From contig CAXXWC010000010.1 of assembly GCA_963668645.2 (NCBI GenBank), positions 426,262 through 490,261 on the forward strand: a DNA stretch of 64,000 nt. Direction: 5' to 3'. A program made the position numbers and the translations under genes. Within the stretch, counting starts at the first letter, position 1. Every line of letters begins with the position of its first letter. The notes under the pieces were generated by a model. It did not search any database, was not told the DNA's origin, and was given only the letters and a program-made list of their open reading frames with translations. Below, one piece after another: positions 37,605-47,435 of this stretch. The DNA comes from Desulfobacterales bacterium. GTDB lineage: Bacteria > Desulfobacterota > Desulfobacteria > Desulfobacterales > UBA2174.

Positions 37605-39183
37605 GTAAGCGTTCACGGGGTAAGGGAAACCGTGGTCTGAGCTATATCCAAGACAGATCGGGCTTGTCGTTGTTGAAGAACGATTCGATGCAGAGTTCCA
37701 GGGTCTGGAAGGTTGATTTCGCTTTTAACCGACAAGTTTCCTTCAGGGAGAGGATACGTTCTACCCAGCGATTTCCTTTTTCACTTTGGGTGCCGAGGCT
37801 GCGCTTTCGCCACAAAACCCCGAAGCGAAGCGCCCGTTCGGCCCGGTTGTTGGTCGGCTCCACGCCCTCGTGTTCGATGAAGAACCAAAGCGAGTCGATT
37901 TCGCGTAAAATCTGTCGAGCCAGCTGGCCAGCGTCGGATTTATCGGGCTCCCACAGAGACAGCGCGAACAACAGTTGTGCGTAATACTGCTGCCATTGTC
38001 GCGGCGGCGGTGGATCTTTGGCAGATTGAATCAACTGCCGAAGCAAGGATGCCATGATGTGCCCGAAGCGTCGTAGATCAGGTTTTTTCCTCTCGCACAA
38101 GGCATCGGCCTTGCGGATCAGATGGGCAAGACAAGTTTGGCGCCCATGAACCCAGTTTCGGTATAGGCCGTAGGAGTCGCTGACCAGAATTCCTCGCCAA
38201 TCCTGGATCAGCTGGTTGAAGGCATCCTTGGAACGGTGGGCATCGATACGATAGAAGGCCACCCGATCATTGACCATGGCCCACAGCCACTGAAGGCCGT
38301 TTTGGTTAAACCAGGACGTCTCGTCAATGTAATTGCACAGCGAACTGCGGGCCACGTCCCCGATGGCTTTGTATGCCGGAGTAATGGCCTCCGAAGCCCG
38401 GTCGACGATTTTCTGAATGGTGCCCGTGGCGATGGGCATACGCAGAACCGATTCGCATATATGCTTGACATCGTTTCGGCTCATCGCCTTGATGCCGCTC
38501 AACTCGGCGATCAACGCACTCAATCGCGGACCGTATCCATAGCGAACCGGCTCGGGCAGCACGGCCTTGACAGTTTTCCCACAGCTGGGACAGTCGCAGC
38601 GGTGAAGTATAAAATGGCTGATCTCCATTTGGATTTCGGGCAGCTCGATATGCTGATGGGTATAAAACGGTTCCATCCGGCTTCCTCCGAAGTCGGTGTT
38701 GCCGCAACGACAGCGTTCGGGCATCAACGCATGAGATTTATTTGGACTCAGCATTTGCTGCTTGTAGGCCTTATGGCCTTTCTGGCCGCCCTTGGGGCGA
38801 CTTCCTTTTTTTCCATTCTTCCGGCCGGATCGGTCAAACGGGCTGTCGGATGACGGCGGCTTGCTGGAGTTTCGAGAATTTTCCCGGGTCTTCACCTCCA
38901 GCTTTTCGATTCGCTTGCCGTAATCGTCAACTTGCTTCTGCAGATTATGCAAAGCCTGCTCGAGGTAAAGGATATAGTGCCGGACAGGTTCCGGCGTAAG
39001 ATGCCATTCAAGGTCTGTGAAGGGTCTTTTCGTCTCCATGGAAAAGAGCCTATCACACTAGAAAACGAATGTCTAGATTTTTTTAACAATTTCAATACTT
39101 TATGTCATAATGTATCTTTCTCTTGTGAATTCAGCATGTTAGACTTCGGAATTGTAACTCCGGGATACCCCGTGAACGCTTAC
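37605..39183 (-). mobile_element. IS66 family element, single-ORF (ISBst12-like) type, copy 1 (1579 bp)
   Basis: Terminal IRs GTAAGCGTTCACGGGGTA / TACCCCGTGAACGCTTAC. 8-bp TSD ATAAAATT (37597-37604 and 39184-39191). Confidence 0.95.
37642..39039 (-). CDS. IS66 family transposase
   Basis: NSRNSSKPPSSD, KGGQKGH, zinc finger, IDETSW, VSDSYGLY, QTCLAHLIR, PTNNRAERALR. Confidence 0.95.
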   Translation of the reverse strand: METKRPFTDLEWHLTPEPVRHYILYLEQALHNLQKQVDDYGKRIEKLEVKTRENSRNSSKPPSSDSPFDRSGRKNGKKGSRPKGGQKGHKAYKQQMLSPNKSHALMPERCRCGNTDFGGSRMEPFYTHQHIELPEIQMEISHFILHRCDCPSCGKTVKAVLPEPVRYGYGPRLSALIAELSGIKAMSRNDVKHICESVLRMPIATGTIQKIVDRASEAITPAYKAIGDVARSSLCNYIDETSWFNQNGLQWLWAMVNDRVAFYRIDAHRSKDAFNQLIQDWRGILVSDSYGLYRNWVHGRQTCLAHLIRKADALCERKKPDLRRFGHIMASLLRQLIQSAKDPPPPRQWQQYYAQLLFALSLWEPDKSDAGQLARQILREIDSLWFFIEHEGVEPTNNRAERALRFGVLWRKRSLGTQSEKGNRWVERILSLKETCRLKAKSTFQTLELCIESFFNNDKPDLSWI

Positions 39184-39752
39184 ATAAAATTAATAACACC
39201 TGAGAACGAAGCAGAAGCAAATGCAATCAAATCGATATTAGAGGAACATGGAATATATGCAGAAATCAAATCATTTCATGATACTGCCTATGACGGCCTT
39301 TTCCAATCTCAATATGGTTGGGGTTTAATTCTGGTTTCTGAGACAGACTTTCCGGAAGCACAGAGAATAATCCAGGAGTGGAAGGATGCCTCTCCGGCGG
39401 AACTTCCATGGGAAGACGATTCAAATTCCTGAATGAAAAATGAAAAAACCGAGCCGACAGCCTACCTGGTGTAGGCGGCATTTTGCCATCCCCGGCAAGG
39501 GACAATTCCCTCATAGAATGATCAATCGTCCGAATCGCCTCGCTTTAGCGACGCCCTGTTTTTCATCGGCATCCCGTTGCTATCCGCCTGGATGCCTTCA
39601 TCGAAATCCTGGGTGGAACGAATCTCAAAACATAAAGTTGTGCCGCCCAGCGGCATTGACACCATCCAGAGCCTCTGGTATGGAATTACGATACTAAAAA
39701 AATACTAAGGAACCCCGATACGTGGTGCACCGCTAAACCCCATCGCCAGAAT

Positions 39753-39944
39753 ATGAGTATCGAAGGCATAAGCCATATCACTTTCATCGTTCACGACCTG
39801 GAACGGATGGCGCGATTCCTCTGCGAAGGACTGGGTGCGCAGGAGGTTTATGACAGCAAAACCGGAACCTTTGAGCATCGTCTTGAGCGGTATCGGAAAA
39901 GTTCTAATCGCCAAAAAAGTTGCCCCTTTCCTTTGGATAGGTAA
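39753..39944 (+). pseudogene. Truncated FosX-like (VOC family) fosfomycin resistance gene
   Basis: MSIEGISHITFIVHDLERMARFLCEGLGAQEVYDS matches the FosX/FosE N-terminus. Similarity is lost after about 36 aa. Confidence 0.7.
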
Positions 39945-39976
39945 AATCAACGTTGGGAAAAAGGAACATTAGCATC

Positions 39977-40594
39977 ATGCTATTAGACAAGATTCAGGCT
40001 GATTATGACTTTACCGAAGTTCATTCCATCACTGCAAAGGCTACCGCACAGGCAGCCTTTGACAGCATAAAAGAAATTTCGCCTTCAGAGATCGCTTTGG
40101 TGATGCGAATCCTAGTCTGGCTGCGCTCACTTCCTGAAAGGTTGGTCGGCCGCCAGGGGATAGGGCTGAGGTGTGAAGAGCCGCTCATTTCCCAGATGGC
40201 GGCAAGGGGCTTCATCGTTCTGGCCGAAAACGCACCTGAAGAGATCCTGTTGGGCATGCTGGCTCCCGGCAAAATTGGACGTTTCTGGCATAACGCCAGC
40301 GATCTGAATCTGCGGCCGGCCGATGTTCAGCAATATCTGGTTTTTGACCGTCCAGAGTACATCCGGGTTGTGATGAACCTGGTGGTGGAAGCCACAGACA
40401 AACCCGGTTATGTTTCGATCCGCACCGAGACTCGCTGTCGTGCCTTGAGTCGCCGTGCACTATCGGAATTTACTCCCTACTGGCGTTTGATACGCCCGTT
40501 CAGCGGTCTAATCAGGATGGTTTGGCTAAAGGGCATTAAACGCAAGGCGGAACAGAAAATGAGGCTGCACATGCTCAAGGAAGGCAACTATTGA
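39977..40594 (+). CDS. Hypothetical protein (DUF2867-like)
   Basis: YDFTEVHSI, LVWLRSLP, EEILLG, IRTETRC, FTPYWRLIRPFSGLIR..WLKGIKRKAE. Confidence 0.65.
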   Translation: MLLDKIQADYDFTEVHSITAKATAQAAFDSIKEISPSEIALVMRILVWLRSLPERLVGRQGIGLRCEEPLISQMAARGFIVLAENAPEEILLGMLAPGKIGRFWHNASDLNLRPADVQQYLVFDRPEYIRVVMNLVVEATDKPGYVSIRTETRCRALSRRALSEFTPYWRLIRPFSGLIRMVWLKGIKRKAEQKMRLHMLKEGNY

Positions 40595-40703
40595 CAGTAG
40601 GCTGTAGCACTGCCTGGAAAGAAGGACGCGATTGAAGTTGATTTCTATTTACCTAATGCGTTTTTCAATACCGGCTCCCCCATAAAGGATCGAAGAAAAC
40701 ATC

Positions 40704-43700
40704 TTGGTTGAAGTGCTCACACACATGATCGAGGCTCTCGGCCTTGAAGTCGCTGCTATCAAAAAACGAGGAAGTGGCACTCAGGTTGGGCTACGCGGTG
40801 GCGAGCGCGTTGGCCAAGCAGAAGGAGCGTGGCTTTACCGCTTCATTCTGGCCGAAGATTTGTCCCTCCGCGACGACACCCCGGTCCGCGTGACAGTGGA
40901 CCAGGATGACGTCTCGGGCCTGCTTGTTTCGTTTGCTGACGGCGTGCTTATCGTCGCGTTGGAAAAAGATATCGGCTCACGGATTGCCACCGCTCACCTC
41001 GTGGCAAACGACTGTTTTCTTATCGAACTGCTGAAAGAACGCTTGGAAAAGGTTCGAAGCGGCGAAGTTCGGTTCAACCGCACTATGGCCAACAAAGTGA
41101 TCGGCCTTGTGCCGCCTTGCTCCACGGACGCGGCCCCCGACCCTTCGGTCTTCGCAGACGGTACTGCCAACACGGACCAGATTCTTGCCGTTACGCGATC
41201 TCTTGGCAGTGACACCACATACGTCTGGGGGCCTCCCGGCACAGGCAAGACAACCACGCTTGCACGCATCGTCGAGGCTCATTACAGGGCCGGCCGGTCG
41301 GTCCTGCTCGTATCGAACACGAACATCGCCGTAGACACGGCTCTCGAACGTGTGGCCGAGCGGCTAAAAGGCGAGCCCGACTTTCACCAGGGACTCGTAA
41401 TCCGACAGGGACCGGTCGTAAAGGAGGAACTGCGACAACGCTTCGGCTCACAGGTGATCCTTAAAGAAATTCTGGCACGGCTGGGTGAAAAGTTGCTGCG
41501 GGAAAAAGGCAAGTTGTTAGAAGAGGCGGAGTTGCTGAAGGCCGAGGAACTTTCCCTGATGGCCGTGCTGAAGGACATCGAGCGCCTGACGTCTGCTCGG
41601 CGTACCTACGCCGTCGTCATGAATAAACGCGAGGACGCGAGCGCAACCATCGCCATTCGCAAACAAGATGCTCAACGGCACCGCGTGCGTGCCTTGAAGT
41701 TGCGTAGCGACTTGGAACGCGCAAAGTCCATGGGCGTCTTGCGCCGCCTCCTCTCGGGCCTCAACCCCAAACGCCTGGCACAAGAGGCGGCCGGCGCCGA
41801 GGATTCAGAGCAGGCCGCTGCCGATGCCGCAAGGGCGATCGAAGCCGATTTACCGAAACTCGATGCGGAAATCGAATCGCTCAGAAAAGAGGTAACCCGA
41901 CTCGCGGCCGAGACTCGAAAACATCCACCGGCACAAGAAATAGAGGCACGTTTCGGCACGCTGCGTCCCCGTCTCAGCCAGATCGACAAGCGCGTCGAGG
42001 CAATCGATCGTGAATTGGCCGAACTCAGGAGAAAGGCCATTGAGCGATGCCGGATCCTCGCCACCACGGTCTACCGCACCTACCTTGGCAGTGACGCACT
42101 TCGCCAGTTCGATGTCGCCGTGGTTGACGAGGCCTCCATGCTCATGCCACCTCTCGTTTACTACGCAGCCGGGTTGTGCACCCAATCGGTCACGGTGGCT
42201 GGGGACTTCAGACAGCTCCCACCGATTGTGATGTCGGATTCGGCACTGACACGTACCTACTTAAAATGCGATGTTTTCGAAAAGGCAAACATACCGGGAC
42301 GCCTGGCGCAAAAAGAGCTGCCACCTCATCTAGTGGCACTGAGAACCCAGTACCGGATGCGCGAGCAAATTTGCGATGTTGTCAACGATCTCTTCTACGC
42401 TGATTATCCCTTGCACTCGGATCCGAGTGTCAACCATGGGAACGATGGCTTCCCCTTATCCAAAGCAGCGCTGCTCTATGTGGACACAGCGCCCTTCCAC
42501 CCTTGGACGGCCTTTCCCCTTGGAACCTACTCCCGCTACAACCTCCTCCACGCCCTGTTGGTACGAAACATCGTCCTGTATCTGGACGATATGGGCTTTC
42601 TGCCACCCGCAGGTAGGCCAAACGATGCTGTGGGCGCTGTAGCGCCGTACGCTTCACAGGCGCGCCTGATCCAGGCTTTGCTCAACGACCGTCTCGGTGA
42701 TCGCGCCGCCGGCATTGCCGCTACAGTCCACCGATTTCAGGGCAATGAAAAAGCGGCGATGGTGCTCGATCTCACCGACTCGCTCGGCGCACCGCTGAGC
42801 CGTTTCCTCCAGGCGACCCGGATCGAGGAAGACGGTGCACGCCTGCTCAATGTGGCCATAAGCCGCGCCCGGCAGCATGTAATCCTGCTGGCGAACTTCA
42901 AATACATACGCGCCAAAGCCCCACGCAAAGGATACGTGCACCGGCTTTTGGACCTCTTCGAAAATCACGGGGAAACGCTGGACCTCAAGGCGCTGTTGCC
43001 CTTGGCTGAACAGGGCTGGATTGACGGGCTCCACCAGGTGTTACCTGACACTTTCGACCTGCCAAAGGGCGCTGCCGGAGCTTTCACCGAAGGCACCTTC
43101 TATCCCGCATTCCTCAGGGATCTTGTCCAAGCACGGAAATCCATTGTCATTTTCTCACCTTTCGCCACCGGCCGCGGCACGGGACGCTGGGTTGATCCGC
43201 TGCGCGCCGCGCTGGCTCGCAGGGTGTGCATCCGCATCCTTATGCGGCCTCCTCAAGAGTCCGGCGAAATTCAAACCGATGAGTTGGGGGAGTTGGTGCG
43301 CGCGCTGCGCGATCTCGGCGTTGTTGTCGACCTACGAGCTCAGATGCACGAGAAGATAGCGATCCTCGATGGTCACACCCTCTGGCACGGATCGCTCAAC
43401 ATTCTCTCACACCGGGATACCCACGAAAGCATGCTGCGCATCGAGAGCACGACCGGTTGCCAACAACTCAGCCGCTTTCTCACCACACCGGCAAGCCGGC
43501 ACAGGAAGGACAATACCCCATCGCTGGAAGCACCGGAAAACCCCAAGTGCCCAACATGCGGAGGACCGACGATATGGAATACGGGGCGGGAAGGGATCTG
43601 GTTCAAATGCGAAAACCCGGCCTGTGACGGCAGGATAGGCACACGCCGAACCCGACGCGACGCCCGAGGGAATGGTGCAGGCCGCCAGGGCCAACCCAGC

Positions 43701-43850
43701 ACAAGAAAAGAAAATGTTTCAAACGACACGAACGGCAGAAGGTGTCCTGAACCCGGCTGCGGAGGTGAGCTTCGCATGCGCAACGGGCGCTACGGCCCTT
43801 TTCTGGGCTGCTCCAACTATCCACGTTGCAGACACACAGAAGATCTATAG
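40704..43850 (+). CDS. SF1 (DNA2/NAM7-like) helicase fused to a PLD-like nuclease domain and two C4 zinc ribbons
   Basis: GPPGTGKT, SNTNIAVD, coiled coil, VDEAS, GDFRQLPP, QYRM, TVHRFQGNEK, NVAISRAR. Then HEKIAILD..GSLN, CPTCGG..C...C and CPEPGCGG..GPFLGCSNYPRC. Confidence 0.9.
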   Translation: MVEVLTHMIEALGLEVAAIKKRGSGTQVGLRGGERVGQAEGAWLYRFILAEDLSLRDDTPVRVTVDQDDVSGLLVSFADGVLIVALEKDIGSRIATAHLVANDCFLIELLKERLEKVRSGEVRFNRTMANKVIGLVPPCSTDAAPDPSVFADGTANTDQILAVTRSLGSDTTYVWGPPGTGKTTTLARIVEAHYRAGRSVLLVSNTNIAVDTALERVAERLKGEPDFHQGLVIRQGPVVKEELRQRFGSQVILKEILARLGEKLLREKGKLLEEAELLKAEELSLMAVLKDIERLTSARRTYAVVMNKREDASATIAIRKQDAQRHRVRALKLRSDLERAKSMGVLRRLLSGLNPKRLAQEAAGAEDSEQAAADAARAIEADLPKLDAEIESLRKEVTRLAAETRKHPPAQEIEARFGTLRPRLSQIDKRVEAIDRELAELRRKAIERCRILATTVYRTYLGSDALRQFDVAVVDEASMLMPPLVYYAAGLCTQSVTVAGDFRQLPPIVMSDSALTRTYLKCDVFEKANIPGRLAQKELPPHLVALRTQYRMREQICDVVNDLFYADYPLHSDPSVNHGNDGFPLSKAALLYVDTAPFHPWTAFPLGTYSRYNLLHALLVRNIVLYLDDMGFLPPAGRPNDAVGAVAPYASQARLIQALLNDRLGDRAAGIAATVHRFQGNEKAAMVLDLTDSLGAPLSRFLQATRIEEDGARLLNVAISRARQHVILLANFKYIRAKAPRKGYVHRLLDLFENHGETLDLKALLPLAEQGWIDGLHQVLPDTFDLPKGAAGAFTEGTFYPAFLRDLVQARKSIVIFSPFATGRGTGRWVDPLRAALARRVCIRILMRPPQESGEIQTDELGELVRALRDLGVVVDLRAQMHEKIAILDGHTLWHGSLNILSHRDTHESMLRIESTTGCQQLSRFLTTPASRHRKDNTPSLEAPENPKCPTCGGPTIWNTGREGIWFKCENPACDGRIGTRRTRRDARGNGAGRQGQPSTRKENVSNDTNGRRCPEPGCGGELRMRNGRYGPFLGCSNYPRCRHTEDL

Positions 43851-43911
43851 TGATAGACCAAGTTATTATGATTGATGGCCATAAAATCTGTTTAGACAAA
43901 AGCAAGGAAGG

Positions 43912-44631
43912 ATGAATCCTACAACCATGATAGAAATTGTCCGCACCGCACTACGAGCGTATGCCAATGAATCGGACGCCAAATTCTTGCAGCGTTTTTT
44001 CAAGACCGGCCCCGGTGAATATGGAGAAGGCGATCGGTTTATCGGGGTCCGGGTCCCTGCAACCAGGCGTGTTGCGCGAAGATACCGGGATTTGCCTTTG
44101 ACCGACACGCTGGTCTTGCTCCAGTCGCCGATCCATGAGGAGCGCCTCCTGGCGTTGATCCTCCTGGTTGAAAAATACCGGCAAGGCACATCGGACGAAC
44201 AATCGGAAATCTACAGGCAATACCTGGACAACACCCGACACATCAACAGCTGGGACCTGGTGGATGTATCCGCCGAGCATATTGTCGGAGCCTACCTCAA
44301 GAACCGATCCCGCAGTCCACTGTATGAACTCGCGCGTTCAGACTGCCTTTGGGAGCGGCGCATCGCAATCATGGCGACCTTCCATTTCATCAAGAATAAC
44401 GAGTTTGGCGAAACGCTGAAAATTGCCGAAATGCTCGTGGCTGACGACCAGGACTTGATTCACAAAGCCGTGGGCTGGATGCTGCGCGAAATCGGCAAGC
44501 GGGATCAAGACACGGAAGTCTCTTTTTTGAAAAAATACTATCAGCGCATGCCTCGAACGATGTTAAGATATGCAATCGAGAAATTCCCCGAGAATGTCCG
44601 CCAGCAGTATCTGAAAGGAACCGTGAATTGA
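43912..44631 (+). CDS. DNA alkylation repair protein (AlkD family)
   Basis: RFFKTGPGEYGEGDRFIGVRVP, HEERLLAL, NSWDLVD, LWERRIAI, HKAVGWMLRE, MPRTMLRYAIE. Confidence 0.92.
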   Translation: MNPTTMIEIVRTALRAYANESDAKFLQRFFKTGPGEYGEGDRFIGVRVPATRRVARRYRDLPLTDTLVLLQSPIHEERLLALILLVEKYRQGTSDEQSEIYRQYLDNTRHINSWDLVDVSAEHIVGAYLKNRSRSPLYELARSDCLWERRIAIMATFHFIKNNEFGETLKIAEMLVADDQDLIHKAVGWMLREIGKRDQDTEVSFLKKYYQRMPRTMLRYAIEKFPENVRQQYLKGTVN

Positions 44632-45386
44632 CGAAGCTTACAACCGGTCTGCCAGTCTGGCTTAACCGATGGATGGAAAGCCACGACGTTCCGCTATGGG
44701 GGGCGGCCGACCTGAGAGGATTTGCCACACCTCCCGACCGGACCGGGAAAAGGCCTCCCTTCGCCATTTCATATGCAATGCCCGTGAATCCCGAAATTAT
44801 GCTCAACATCCAGAACGGACCCAACCGGCAATATGCGGACGAGTACACCCGGGTAAACAATCGGATCAATGAGCTGTCGGTGACGCTGGCCGCCGAAATA
44901 AGCGGCAGGGGGTTTCAATCCGTTGCGTTGGCCGCATCGGTGCGCACGGATACGGTGAACATAAAAGGTGATTTCCCGCACAAAACCGCGGCGACAAGAG
45001 CGGGCCTGGGCTGGATAGGGCGCCATTGCCAGCTTATCACGCGCCGCTTCGGTTCATGGGTCAGGCTCGGCACCGTATTCACCGATATGGAACTTGCGTG
45101 CGGGCCGCCGGTGGAAAAAAACTTTTGCGGCCGCTGCACGCGTTGTGTGGATGCCTGTCCCGCAAAAGCCCTGAACGGCGCCAAATGGTATCCGGGATTG
45201 CCGCGCGAGGAACTACTGGATGTCCAGGCATGCGATCAATGGAAAAAGGAACACTATTTTCAGTTCAATAAAGGCCATAACTGCGGGATCTGTTCCGCAG
45301 TATGCCCTTACGGATTGAAGGCTTTGGGCCGGGCTGCATCCCCGGGGCCCAGCGGCCGCTGCATCAAAACGCTGTCCACCCACTGA
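44628..45386 (+). CDS. Epoxyqueuosine-reductase-like 4Fe-4S protein
   Basis: PHKTAATRAGLGWIG, FGSWVRLGTVFTD, CGRCTRCVDACP, CGICSAVCPYG. Confidence 0.85.
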   Translation: MTKLTTGLPVWLNRWMESHDVPLWGAADLRGFATPPDRTGKRPPFAISYAMPVNPEIMLNIQNGPNRQYADEYTRVNNRINELSVTLAAEISGRGFQSVALAASVRTDTVNIKGDFPHKTAATRAGLGWIGRHCQLITRRFGSWVRLGTVFTDMELACGPPVEKNFCGRCTRCVDACPAKALNGAKWYPGLPREELLDVQACDQWKKEHYFQFNKGHNCGICSAVCPYGLKALGRAASPGPSGRCIKTLSTH

Positions 45387-45886
45387 CCGAGCTTGAAACC
45401 AACGGATTTCAGCGTACCGGCCTCCTCGAAGCCCAAACGGCGGTGCAGGGCGATGGAAGAGGCGTTTTGGCTGTTGCCGATCACGGCGATCATCTGCCGC
45501 CAGGGGCCGGCTTCGCATCGCGCGATGAGCTGCCCGAGCAGGGCCGTTCCGACACCCTGCCCCCCGAAGCCCTCGGCCACATAGACGGAGTCTTCAATCG
45601 TGAATCGATAGGCCGGCCGGGGGCGGTAGACCGCCGCGTAGCTGTAACCGACAACGTGCCTGTCGATTTCGGCCACCAGGTATGGAAGACCGAGGCTTTG
45701 CACGCAAGCAAGGCGTGACAACATTTCGTCAATGGACGGCGGCACCTCTTCGAAAGTCGCCAGGCCATGAAGCACATGAGGGGCATAAATGGCCTGGACC
45801 GCCGTCATATCGGCCTCGGTTGCAGGCCGAACAGTGAGCGGATGCCCAGGATAAGGGATTGGGGCAGTATCCTTGTGGTTTTCCAT
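45308..45886 (-). CDS. GNAT N-acetyltransferase (phosphinothricin acetyltransferase/YncA-like)
   Basis: IYAPHVLHGLATFEEVPP, YRPRPAYRFTIEDSVYV, GQGVG, NASSIALHRRLGF, VGFKLGQWVDSVLMQR. Confidence 0.92.
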   Translation of the reverse strand: MENHKDTAPIPYPGHPLTVRPATEADMTAVQAIYAPHVLHGLATFEEVPPSIDEMLSRLACVQSLGLPYLVAEIDRHVVGYSYAAVYRPRPAYRFTIEDSVYVAEGFGGQGVGTALLGQLIARCEAGPWRQMIAVIGNSQNASSIALHRRLGFEEAGTLKSVGFKLGQWVDSVLMQRPLGPGDAARPKAFNP

Positions 45887-46167
45887 GGCAGTTCCTTTGC
45901 GAATCCCCACCGGGGCAACGTTTCATTCGGCGGCAGGAAAATGCCGGCCGATTTCGACCAAATCTTATACACGCTTGAATGTGCAAAGGCGAGACCCCGC
46001 GGTAGCCGGAATCCTGCCGCCGGCATCTTGGGCCGCTGCTTGGGCGGCGCCCGGGACTCAGGGCCTTCTGCAAGTGACGATGGAATACGTGCCACTGCCC
46101 GGCATAACAGTTCAAACCGCCAGAACCGGATGATGAAAAAGATCGAAAAATTGACCTGCGGGACATA

Positions 46168-46196
46168 TTGACGCTCACTATAGCCTCTGATATAAA
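46168..46196 (+). promoter_or_regulatory. Sigma70-like promoter upstream of the phnD-like/kinase operon
   Basis: TTGACG-17 bp-TATAAA, with an extended -10 TG. Confidence 0.55.
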
Positions 46197-46361
46197 ACTA
46201 TCATACTTATTTTTTTTAGTTAAAACTCGTGCCAATGCGCTCTGAAACCTCATTCACTGGATCGAACAGGTAGGATTTTATTTCTCGGCTGTTATCTTCA
46301 AATCGATGAATCGGCACAGCGAGACAATCTTTGAATCTCTTGCCAATTTACGGTGCGAATC

Positions 46362-47330
46362 ATGGAGATAACAAAACAGCGCAGCGATATCTTTACATGC
46401 TTTATCCTTGCGACTCTTTCCATTCTTTTGACCCTCATGGCATATGGTTGCAGTGACGAGCGGTCGACGGTAAACTTGCAGGGCAGCTCTGAGCGCAAGA
46501 TATCATCGCATACTGATATTAAAGACCACCGAGCGGTTTTGCACGTAGCCATCGGCGCGATGCTTTCGCCTGAAATCACGCGCCGATACTATGAGGATCT
46601 GGTGAAGCTGGTGGCGGCGCGCGTCAACCGGAGGGTAATCTTTTCACAACGCCGCACGTATGCCGAAATCAATGAAATGGTGAAATCTCGTGATGCGGAT
46701 ATTGCGTTCGTCTGTTCAGGGCCCTACACCAAAGGTCATCAGGATTTTGGCATGCAGATCCTGGCAGTTCCGGTTGTAAACGATCAACACGTATATCATT
46801 CCTATATCATAGCCAGAGTGGGCAGTGACATAGAATCATTTGATGACTTAAAGGATCACCGCTTCGCTTTCACCGACCCGAACTCAAACACCGGATACCT
46901 CGTTCCCAATTACATGTGCGCAAAACGCGGTGAAACGGTCAGTTCATATTTCCGGGAAACATTTTTTACCCACAGCCACGACAACTCCATAAAGGCCGTT
47001 GCCGGCGGACTGGCCGAGGGCGCTGCAGTGGATTCCCTCATCTGGGAGTTTATGAACAGGGTCGACCCATCAGATACCTCACGCACGAAAATTGTCGAAA
47101 AATCCGAGCCATATGGAATCCCCCCCATCGTGGTTCATCCGGACTTTGACAACGATTTGAAAAGACGCCTTAAATCCGCCTTTCTCTCCATCCATAGAAA
47201 CCAAAAGGCCGTTCCATTACTTCGCGAAATCAATATCGACCGTTTTGTGGAAGGAATAGATTCAGACTATGAAAGCGTCCGTGAAATGCAGAAGTGGGTC
47301 GAAAGTTTCAAGAGGGGGAAGAAAAACTAA
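46362..47330 (+). CDS. PhnD-like phosphate/phosphonate-binding periplasmic (lipo)protein
   Basis: Signal with AYGC, QRRTYAEIN, AFVCSGPY, YHSYII, FAFTDPNSNTGYLVP, SHDNSIKAV, GAAVDS, GIPPIV. Confidence 0.88.
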   Translation: MEITKQRSDIFTCFILATLSILLTLMAYGCSDERSTVNLQGSSERKISSHTDIKDHRAVLHVAIGAMLSPEITRRYYEDLVKLVAARVNRRVIFSQRRTYAEINEMVKSRDADIAFVCSGPYTKGHQDFGMQILAVPVVNDQHVYHSYIIARVGSDIESFDDLKDHRFAFTDPNSNTGYLVPNYMCAKRGETVSSYFRETFFTHSHDNSIKAVAGGLAEGAAVDSLIWEFMNRVDPSDTSRTKIVEKSEPYGIPPIVVHPDFDNDLKRRLKSAFLSIHRNQKAVPLLREINIDRFVEGIDSDYESVREMQKWVESFKRGKKN

Positions 47331-47435
47331 TGTTAAAAATAAAAATATTTTTGCGCACTGTTTTTCTGATAGTAGCGCTGATCGGATCGATTGCGGCGGC
47401 ATTTATTTTTTTCAGGGTTTACGAAAACCGTGCCG

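Larger units (their letters stand above)
37594..39432 (+). pseudogene. DUF2007-like small protein gene split by IS66
   Basis: Removing the IS and one ATAAAATT copy restores MIKLITPENEAEANAIKSILEEHGIYAEIKSFHDTAYDGLFQSQYGWG...* (83 aa) with an upstream AGGA RBS. Confidence 0.8.
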
